DNA of 64,000 nucleotides from Ruditapes philippinarum (taxonomy: Eukaryota). This document shows, piece by piece, positions 23,184 to 32,657 of the stretch; positions within the stretch are counted from its first letter, which is position 1, and each line of letters begins with the position of its first letter. Both the position numbers and the translations under genes were made by a program. The stretch spans positions 1 through 64,000 of the forward strand of contig NW_026851649.1 in assembly GCF_026571515.1 (NCBI RefSeq), written 5' to 3'. Below the pieces are notes generated by a model, which did not search any database, had not been told where the DNA came from, and saw only the letters and a program-made list of their open reading frames with translations.

Positions 23184-23360
23184 CTGACAAAGGTCCTGTT
23201 TACCAATGACTTCTCTTAAAGTCCAATCACTTGACTTCTTAAATTGTTCTTTATGAGGCAAAACCTCATAAAATTCTTCTATAAGCTTGTCCATATCATC
23301 ATCATAGTTGCCTAGTAACTTATCCGTTAATTGAGACAGTATCACTTTCGCTTCAATTAT
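23184..23360 (-). CDS. PARP4-like exon: PARP regulatory (helical) domain
   Basis: Acceptor is TCTCTTGTAG|ATA and donor is TGTCAG|GTAAAA. Translation IIEAKVILSQLTDKLLGNYDDDMDKLIEEFYEVLPHKEQFKKSSDWTLREVIGKQDLCQ. The FYEVLPH motif matches PARP1 FYTLIPH. Length 177 bp, phase 0 at both ends. Confidence 0.6.
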
Positions 23361-24689
23361 CTACAAGAGATAAATAACATTTAGAGTTAAAGTGACATTA
23401 TGCCCATCAAAGTGTAAATGAACAGGTAAAATCAAAGTTACTTGACATTTTGCCATAATCGTGTTCAACCTTTTACTTGTCTATAAAAAACGAATTAATA
23501 ATTCAGGTGACCAACTGAAATTACTGTAAATATAGTTCAGAATATATCAGTAATTTTCAATTCTTAAGAGGAGTGCGGCAGTCTTTTTATAAATAAGGTC
23601 ATTTTTATATTTGCATCATAAACATTTTTCATTATCCATCATTGGTCAATCAACATTATAATAGTCATTCTTTTGAAATATATAACTTATATGAATTAAT
23701 AAAACTTATACTTAATTAACTGAAAAACCAGAAAAAAAGCAAAGATTCATACGGAACTCTTAAAATGGCATCATGTTATAAATTTTTCATACGGCAATAT
23801 ACTGACCCCTTAATTTGAATAGTTATGTCCCAAATATAAAAAAAACCCCAGAAATTCATGTCAGGAAAAAGCGTTATCCTAAAGTTGAAATCCCAATTTA
23901 TATTTTCACATTCCAAACCTGTTTCTTAATAATGCAATATATGGTCCCCACAAAAATTTAGGTTTCACCCATATTAAGTTACCCACCCCCCCCACTCCTG
24001 TTTTTTTTGGAACAGGGACCCTGAAAAATATTATCTAGATAAAATCAACCCCTCTATGTATGTAAACCAAAATCTAATCCCACATACTGAACACCCCAGA
24101 TCTTAAAACTCACTCTGCTTATTTATGTAAACCTTTAAAAACTATGAGACCTTTTTGTCTTAAACAAAACCACTTGCAATTCTTTCTCTTTTGGTTCCTT
24201 AAGACTTTGACTGGATCTTAACCAAAAATTTTTCTCTGTAAAAATACTTCTTTAGAGTTTCCAAGATGGATCAACCTCTGTCAGGGCCTCATTCCAGACT
24301 ATTGAAGTGAGTGCTGCCACCTGGGGGGAAATTTCTTCATTCAAGAGAGATAACTTTCCTATTTTCTATAAAGAACAATGAAAACAAACAACAATTAATC
24401 TTTTAAGAAATCTCTTTTTACAAAAGGCTTACTTCTTATTCAATTTTATGGATAGAAAAGTAAGTTATTATTTTTTGTCAAAAATCTGTAGAGAACAATA
24501 TCTCAGAAAAAAACAAAACTTTTAAGAGTTTTTCTTATAGCTTGAATGAGTTTAACAATCAAAGTAGGACAAAGTGAAAAATTACTAACAGCACAAGAAA
24601 GCATTTACTTACTGAAATTGACATTAATTATACAATGTTCGAAAATTGAAATAAAAATTGTACCATTCTTAAAGTAGCAGATCCAAAGT

Positions 24690-24831
24690 CTTGCACATCT
24701 ACTGATCCTGGTTTACAAGGAACCATACACACAGGTTTGTTGGCATATTGTCTATACAACTGCTCATAACCACTCAGTACCTCCGACACCGTCTGAAAGT
24801 ACCAGACTATTGCCTCGTCTATTTTCACCAC
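24690..24831 (-). CDS. PARP4-like exon: BRCT domain C-terminal part (3' boundary uncertain)
   Basis: Acceptor is TATTGTCAG|GTGGTG. Translation VVKIDEAIVWYFQTVSEVLSGYEQLYRQY resembles the human PARP4 BRCT end HVHIANPDFIWKSIREKRLLDVKNYDPY. Confidence 0.35.
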
Positions 24832-26160
24832 CTGACAATACATGTACATTGTATCAGTACAATAAATACAGGATATGGAATGAGTGTAGGTTTAATACTT
24901 AATTTATTGAACAAGTTGAATAAAATCATATTAAGCGAGCCTCAATAAATTTAGTATTGAATCTACACAAATATAATATTCTGTTTATCACATACATAAA
25001 ATAAGAACGGGAAACTGTTAAAAAGAGCCATATTTCATTAAAGGCCAATGGTGTAGCACTAAAATTAGCGCACTTAAATGCTATGTTTATATATAGCGCA
25101 AATGACGTCACGCCAAAGTGTTATTACAATAGTGTAATATCATTTTTATCAAATAACTTTATTACACTCATGTGCTGCGCTTTATGTGATAAAAGGTATT
25201 TTGAAATAAATCTCTTAACACCAATGAAAACATAAGACATGGAAACAATTTTTTTATTATATACAATTTTGGCCAAAATTTTAAGTTAAAAAGGTCAATA
25301 ACTCCAAAAATATTGCTTTTAGAATTATGCCCCTTGTGTTATAACTGAACATTGTCATGTTAAGATAGTATTCCTATTTACGTGTAAATATACTCCCAAA
25401 ATAGAACAATAAAACAAAAGAAAATGGGTTGGGCAACAAGTTCTAACAACTTTTCATTAATCCCTTCCCAGAAATCTTTGTCTTATAAAGGGTGTTGCTA
25501 TACAGAGGCTGTACTTTAGTATCTAATGCAAAAACAACAAATATTTCAAACTAAATAGACTGGTACCTTATTATTGTCAACTTGAGCATTCTGTGCATAT
25601 AACCTGTACCTGAACTGGCAGTCCAGTCTGGTGGCAACATGTACCTCCAATGCTTCCATTTTCTTTGTCTCCTGTGAATACAACATAAGGTAAATGACAG
25701 TCAAAAACAAAATTCATTTTCAGTTGAATACTTTTTTATAGGAATTGATTTTTTTTTAACTTTTAAATACATCAGTAAAAAAAGAAATGTCCATGGACAG
25801 TGCTCTACTTTACTGAGTGCTGGAAAGTTAAATACATTTGTAAAGGCAACATAGAAAAAAGGGTATAACATTGCAACAAGATAATTTTAGGATTATCTGC
25901 CCTTTTGAAACAGTGCCTTTTTATGGCAATAAACATGTACAATGTATACCAAGTTTAAAGTGAATAGCTTTTATAGTTTCTGAGAAAATAGACCTTAATA
26001 AAACAGTCAGACAATGCTGACGCCAATGCCAAAGAGAGGGTTATGACAAATAGCTTCACATTTTTCCCCCGGAAAAGTGGAAATGACAACAGATACCAGA
26101 GTCTTATAAAACCATCTTTGAAATATTCTAAAATAAGTCTATGCAGTAGGACTAACAAAA

Positions 26161-27438
26161 CAAGAGGGCCATGATGGCCCTGAGGTCGCTCACCTGTATA
26201 TAGGCCCCCCGGAGCCGGGCCAGTTTAAATCCAAGGCTTTTATTTGAACAAACTTGGAAGACACCCATTAGAAGATGTTTCATGATGTTAAGTTTTTACT
26301 ACACACATAAAATGAAAAACATTGCCCCCCCCCTCCCCCCCGTTTAAACCCCAGGGCTTTTATTTGAACAAACTTGGTAGACACCCATAAGAAGATGTTT
26401 CATGCTAAACATCTAAGCTCTAGCTCATTGGGTTTTTCAAAAGAAGATTTTTTAAGTTTTTACTATACACATATAGCAAAAAACAATGACACCCCTGGGG
26501 CGGGGCCAGTTTGCACCCCAGGGCTTTTATTTGAACAAACTTTGTACACACTTACTAGAAGATGTTTCATGCTTAATATCTAAACTCTAGCTCTTTGGGT
26601 TCTTTAAAAGAAGATTTTAAGTTTTTGCTACATTGTATACACAAATAAGGAAAATCAATGACCCCCAGGGGCGGGGCCAATTTTGACCCCAGGGCTTTTA
26701 TTTGAACAAACTTTGTAGACACTCACTAGAAGATGTTTCATGCTTAATATCTAAACTCTAGCTATTTTGGTTTTTTAAAAGAAGATTTTTTTAAGTTTTT
26801 GCTATACACATATAAGGAAATCAATCACCCCCGGGGGAGGGCCAATTTTGACACCAGGGCTTTTATTTGAACAAACTTGGTAGACACCCATTAGAACATG
26901 TTTCATGCTAAATATCTTAGCTCTAGCTCTTTGAGTTCTTTAAAAGAAGATTTTTTAAGTTTTTACTATATGCATATAGGGAAAATCATTACCCCCTAGG
27001 GCGGGGCCAATTTTGACCCAAGGGCTTTTATTTGAACAAACCTGGTAGACACTCATTAGAAGATGTTTCATGCTAAATATCTTAGCTCTAGCTCTTTGGG
27101 TTCTTTAAAAGAAAATTTTTTAAGATTTTGACCCCAGGGCTTTAATTTGAACAAACTTTGTACACACTTACTAGAAGATGTTTCATGCCAAGCTCTTTGA
27201 GTTTTTTAAAAGAAGATATTTAAAGTTTTTTTCTTTTGGTTGCCATGGCAACCAGAGTTCTGCATGGAATTAAATTCTTTGAACAATTTTTAAAGGTGAC
27301 CACCAAAGGAACATTCCTGTGAAGTTTGGATGAAACTGGCTAAGTGGTTTATAAGGAGATGTCATTTAAAGTAAAAGTTTACGGACGGACGACGGACGAA
27401 AAGCGATCACAAAAGCTTTGTGACAGGTGAGCTAAAAA
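26161..27438. mobile_element. Family-B satellite-carrying non-autonomous element, copy 2
   Basis: Same 5' end as copy 1 (CAAGAGGGCCATGATGGCCCTGAGGTCGCTCACCTG). It has an internal ~168-bp tandem array, a (GGACGGAC)n stub at 27380-27400 and the 3' end CAGGTGAGCTAAAAA. The 3' region also contains TGGTTGCCATGGCAACCAGAGTTCTGCATGG, related to the family-A monomer core. Confidence 0.6.
26225..27215. repeat. Tandem array, ~168-bp monomer (about 7 copies, two truncated to 120 bp)
   Basis: Marker GGGCTTTTATTTGAACAAAC recurs at 26233, 26353, 26521, 26691, 26859, 27018 and 27138. Confidence 0.85.
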
Positions 27439-27579
27439 TTTGCTGTTACAGAAACATAAGGCTTTTTAAAATTTTCAACTTATCTCAAGATTATGGAGAC
27501 AGTATTTGTTTGTTAATATCTAATTCATTTTCTAAATCTTTAACAATAACTTTGAGTTTATGTAAGATAAAACATATAC

Positions 27580-27740
27580 CTTATTTATTAGAAGCGCCCA
27601 TTTTGGTAACTGGAAAGTGTCCTCATCAAACTCGGGAGCATTTACATCACCGTATAAGAAGCTAGGATAACTGGACAAGTTTACTGTGACAACCTTCTTC
27701 TTAACAAGCCTTGTACCTCTACCTACTTCATTATGTGTTG
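27580..27740 (-). CDS. Exon of the same unidentified gene
   Basis: Acceptor is TTTTACATAG|CA. Its 2-nt entry closes the split codon with the upstream exon as ACA. Donor is AATAAG|GTATAT. Translation THNEVGRGTRLVKKKVVTVNLSSYPSFLYGDVNAPEFDEDTFQLPKWALLINK. Confidence 0.4.
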
Positions 27741-28350
27741 CTATGTAAAACAAAAAACAAAAATTTTCAATGCCAGCTCATACAATATGTTTTCGCAACA
27801 GTTTAATGTTAATGGCACATTGTGCCTCAGAAATGGATCATTCACTGCAAAAATGAGTTTTATAATGTTCAAATAACTTGGGGCATGGGAGCATGGGGGA
27901 TGAATAATTAAAATGTATGCTTACTTGTTCATTTTGTATTTGAATCCTTACTTTTAGTTACTGTTTATTTGTTATACACAGACTCATTTGACAAAATCTA
28001 GTAACTCTATGTCTGCTTTTACGGAGTAAAATTTTGTACACAAATGACAAATTATTGAAATTTTTTGCCTGGTATCCGGAATATCTATTTTCTGGTTTTA
28101 TAAAGATTTTCATACTATGTAAAAAGAAGGACAAACCAGTAAAGCTTGAAGTCGCCGTATGACTTTTACATTGTTGGTGTGACTTAAAATTTTACTTAGG
28201 TCACAATTATGTTTCATTTAAACTCAAATAATAAAATAAAATAAAATCTTCAGCTTTCTCAAAACTCAATCTTAAATAGATATGTCTAAACAAAAAATAA
28301 TAAAAGAGTTGTCTTCATTCCTTAATTGATGTATCGTAAATAATTCTTAC

Positions 28351-28549
28351 TCTGAATTTTTCCTTTCCCAAACTCCTGATTATTGTTGATGTCCGCTAAC
28401 CTGTATTTGCCAGTATCAAGGAGTCTATTTTTAGTAACACATTGTTGTACATATTTTGGGCTCACCACAGGAATATTATGCCTGTTACACTGCCGTAACT
28501 TGTATGAAATACTTGTGCCTTTCTTGTTGAAAACAACAAAAAATGAAGC
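28351..28549 (-). CDS. Exon of the same unidentified gene
   Basis: Acceptor is TATTTTTCAG|GCT (phase 0) and donor is TTCAGA|GTAAGA (1 nt overhang). Translation ASFFVVFNKKGTSISYKLRQCNRHNIPVVSPKYVQQCVTKNRLLDTGKYRLADINNNQEFGKGKIQ. Confidence 0.4.
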
Positions 28550-29058
28550 CTGAAAAATATAGCAAAAATGAATTGATATTATACATGCAAACATAACTAA
28601 TATTCTGAAATCTTGTAAATTGTTTAAAACCACTGATAGATCATACTCTAACCTTTTATTTGAATAACAATTGATTTAACCACAAACATACTGACATGTG
28701 CTTTTTTGTTAACAAAATTTTGCGGTGAAATTCTTTTTGTATCCACTATAAATCAAATACATGTAATTAGAATAAGACTATTCTATGCATTGAAACAAAA
28801 GAAAACAATTTGTTAGGAAATTCATACCTTCCATATAAAAATCTAAATCTGATATCCCACAATTTCAATAACCAAGTCAATTTCTTTATCCAGTAAACTT
28901 AACAGTTCTTTAGATTTTCCCCACAACAACTGATTCAGGATCAGAAACAAAACTGAACACATCAATAAGTTTGTTAAATTTTCCCTTATGATAATCATGC
29001 TAATTTAGGTAGAAATTGGTGCAAAAGAACAAAACAAGTGAGATTTTTTTTTTGATAC

Positions 29059-29226
29059 CTTCTTGGTGAGGATGTATGATATTACACCTCCATTATCTGT
29101 TATTGTCTTTCTCCATGTACACTTCTCCTTGTATGATGTACATGCCTCAAACTCCAATACAACTGTACAATTAGTGAACACTTTCATCCTAGCACAAAGT
29201 CTGTCATCACTTGCTAAAAATTTCCA
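29059..29226 (-). CDS. Exon of an unidentified minus-strand gene (5' boundary not defined)
   Basis: Open frame ...DDRLCARMKVFTNCTVVLEFEACTSYKEKCTWRKTITDNGGVISYILTKK. Donor is CCAAGAAG|GTATCA, phase 0. Confidence 0.35.
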
Positions 29227-29515
29227 CACATCTCATCTGTTTGATAAAAAGAAAGACAGTGGCAACTATTTTTTATTTGGGAGTTAAAGTCGATGTATTA
29301 AATGTCAACATAATTCAATTTTACAAATGAAGAGGATGTCTAATAACTGAATAAGTCTATTTAGCATAGATTTGTCATTTTCATTTTGTTTGTTTTGTTT
29401 TTCTTTGAGTTCATTGTTGTTACAATAATATGAATTTAAAAGCTTGAGTTTCTTTACCATCTAAAAAAAGTCATCTTTAGTTGATCATTGATCAGTGTTG
29501 ATCTCATAATTTATA

Positions 29516-30351
29516 GGAAGTGGCTAGCCGTACGGCACTCTTCAAAAATATATGGAAGGCGAAAGTGCATATGTTAATTATGACTTTAAGGGAGGATTTT
29601 AGTCAAGAATGTTTACTTTTTAGAGATTAATCGACGTGTTGGCTACAGTAAAGAATTTACTTTGTCATCTCAAGACGTCGAGAAAAAATAGCGTTTGGTT
29701 GCAGTTCAATAACATCAATTGAAATAGTTTACAAAATTTTGATAATAATCCTTTCTTGTTTCATTAACTTTAATTTTTAAACTGAAAAAAAAAAAAACAC
29801 AAAAAACACCGAAAATAATTGTTGTTGGGCTCTGATAATTGCGTCAATTATCGACGGTATAGAAGTTTGTCCATCATTAAGGCAAGTTTGCATTATTAAA
29901 TTATTTTTCCTTTTCACTTTTTTTAATATTCTTTTTATTTATATATTTATTCCTCACCGATCATTATCTATTCGATCCATGTGCTTAATTAATAGATTTA
30001 ACAATTCATCTTTCATACAAATCATAAGCATGAAAATTAAGGACGTTATAACATGCAACTTTGACACTTGATTTTATTAAGATAGATTATACAACGCTTA
30101 CTCTTATTCATGTTTTTGTGTGCAAAATTGCGGAACATCTTTATTAAAGTGAACACACTAGGACAAATGCGGAGATTTGATTACAATCGTTGTTTAAAGA
30201 CACAAAATAACATATGCACTTTCGACTTCCATATAATTTTGAAAAGTGCCGTATGGCTAGCCAATACAGTGTGTACAGGCTAGTCGTACGTGACTCACGT
30301 ACGGCTAGAACTCTTGGCTAGCTGTACGGGCCCGTACGGCTAGCCACTTCC
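29516..30351. mobile_element. MULE-like (Mutator-type) MITE with long TIRs and 9-bp TSD
   Basis: Left TIR GGAAGTGGCTAGCCGTACGGCACTCTTCAAAAATATATGGAAGGCGAAAGTGCATATGTTAATT mirrors 30210-30351. A perfect 9-bp direct repeat TAATTTATA lies at 29507-29515 and 30352-30360. Extra internal copies of the TIR tip (GCCGTATGGCTAGCCA, GTACGGCTAGAACTCTTGGCTAGCTGTACGGGCCCGTACGGCTAGCC) occur at the right end. Confidence 0.75.
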
Positions 30352-32657
30352 TAATTTATAATTGTGATTTACATGTCATTTTACATGACCATTGATTGGA
30401 AATAAAAGTTTTTCTATTCTGTTCTGTCACAAAGATAAAACTGGTATGATATGCAGCAGTATTATAAATTAGTTCATGTAAAAATGTTTAGTAGGTTTGT
30501 TTATCAGTGTTGATGTCAATTTCTATTCTCAGTTTTGTCATTTTTGACCATCGCTACGAACTTACTCCTGGTTTCTCATCTACTCCCAGAACAATGATAT
30601 ACATTGATGCTTCTTTGAAATGTTTGTATGACAAAGTATACAACCTTAATAATTGTTCTTAATGAAACTGTTCCTCATAACGATTTCACAACATTGAGCG
30701 TTGCAAATGGTGATCATTTGTAACGGGGAACAACTCTTCTTCCCTTTTTGTTATGCACGAACAAAACAGATATCGTCATCATCTTCAAATCTCGCAGATC
30801 GTATCGATTTACATATACGTATAATAATGGTATACAATGTATGTAGTGTATCTGCTATAATGTATCGTGTACTGTGATATCGCAGATACTCTGGGTCAGA
30901 GCTGACCCAATTTTTTTTTTTTTTTCATTTATTTGATATTTGAAGTATAACAATATCCCCGTACTGCCTCTTTCTGATCAGCTGACATATTTTTCAACAA
31001 TAACTGACAGTGAAATTATATATAAAAAAAATTATCTTTCAATTCTGCAAATATTATCATTTCAGCTAATAAATGCACCAACTTTTTAAAATTTTACTTG
31101 AATTATTACTATGAATCGAGGACAAATCATTACTGACCCATTTTCCTGTTCTTCAAAATTTCGCAACCACTTTTCAATCAGTTAACAAAATATAAACTGT
31201 ACCACATAAAAAATGTCATACAATGTTAAAATATAATTAGTTCTGTATTTTGGAGAAATTTTGACAAACTCAACTTCAGATAAATGGTAATAAACAATTT
31301 TAACCTAATTATAATGCCGTTTTTCAATCTAGATATTTATTTGCAGTGGTAAAGCTGTCACAATTGGGGTATGGATGTACATTTCAATTTGCATAACAGA
31401 AAAAGCATGTTCTTGTGAAATTTTTAGGATCTTAGGGTCTATATGACCCCATTCTAGTGACTGCTTACTGAAAAGTTATCACAGAGAATGTTTTCCTTGG
31501 TTAAGTGACTGTTACTTTACTGATGTATTACCTTCCAATTAAGAAATGTATGGTAAAATATGTACATATTAAAATTACAGCTTTTGAAGTGCAGTATACA
31601 TTATGACTTCATGATATTGAAACAGTTGTCCAACTTAATATCCATTTCTGCAGACTGACAAAAAACTGAGTCTGTATATCAATTATTTTTAGAAAATTAT
31701 TGCGATTTGTAACTGTGTAAATAAAGGATTAGTGGAAAACACACGTTTTACATATTTTGAACTAATTGCTAGCATTTTCTTTTTTTATCGCCTAAATTGA
31801 CATTGCTGCTGATAAATTTAGTCAAGGGGAATACAAGATGTGCTTACAGTTTGGTTACATGACAAATAAGGTCAAAAATAAAAAATTTCTAGGGGTGATT
31901 GAAAAGTGGTTGTGATTGAAAACTGGCAGTGTGTGGATACAAACATACATATTAACATACAATTCATAGACTTATACCTATAATTTCAAAAACAAAAAAA
32001 AACTACATAAGTATGAAAAACATCCATTTACTCCATATTTCTACTATATATTTTATCATTTCGAATAATAGAAAGAGTATTTCAGATAAAGGGACTGAAA
32101 ATTTAAAGTACATGTATATTCAAAGACATTTTAACATTATTTGGAGAAAGGGAGAATGAAAAAAAGAAGGAGTTTTGAAGTATATTCAAAAATATTTAAC
32201 ATTATTAGGTGTAAAAATAAGGAAAGAGAGAGAAAAAAAACAACAAAGAAAATGTCAGAGAAAAATATACATACACAAACATACACACAGACATTCAAAA
32301 AGATACTTTTTTCCTACATACATACAAAAACATACATACAATCGCAAAAAAAGATACAAACAAACAAAAAAAAGGAACAAGCGAGCTAATTTCAATTAAT
32401 TTTCTTACGTTTTATGGTTTTGAAATTATTTTTAACTTTCTCTTACTGTTGGTTTGTAGGTTAGAGCGTTAAACAAGTTACCCCATTTTTGTTTGTGTGA
32501 TTCAACGTTATCATTTAGAAAAGCAATTTCCTCTTCAATTTGTATTTTCAATAGGAAAAAGTTTTTGAAAATATCAAAAGTTGGTTCATGCTTTCGGTAT
32601 TTCATTTTAAGGATAAAATATTTCATAAGTATGATGATATAATTTACTAAAATACTA

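Larger units (their letters stand above)
6273..24831 (-). other. Span of a multi-exon PARP4-like (vault poly-ADP-ribose polymerase) gene, about 20 or more coding exons recognised. The true 5' and 3' ends are not determined.
   Basis: Minus-strand exons with GT-AG boundaries and mutually consistent phases encode, in order, a BRCT C-terminus, PARP regulatory helices, a PARP catalytic domain, a VIT domain and a VWA domain. See the individual exon features. Confidence 0.7.

Noticed and set aside
25610-25671. Candidate first coding exon of the PARP4-like gene (AAA ATG GAA..., acceptor CACAG, donor TTCAG|GTACAG) encoding METKKMEALEVHVATRLDCQF
   Set aside because: Its exit phase (2 nt) cannot be joined in frame to the BRCT-end exon at 24831; the 1-nt completion produces an immediate stop. 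Similarity to the BRCT N-terminus is weak. It is left unannotated.
32141-32399. Plus-strand ORFs rich in K/R/E (MEKGRMKKRRSF..., MKYIQKYL...)
   Set aside because: This is an A-rich, low-complexity (ACATACA/AAAG)n region. It lies in the 3' flank of the minus-strand LINE and has no codon structure.
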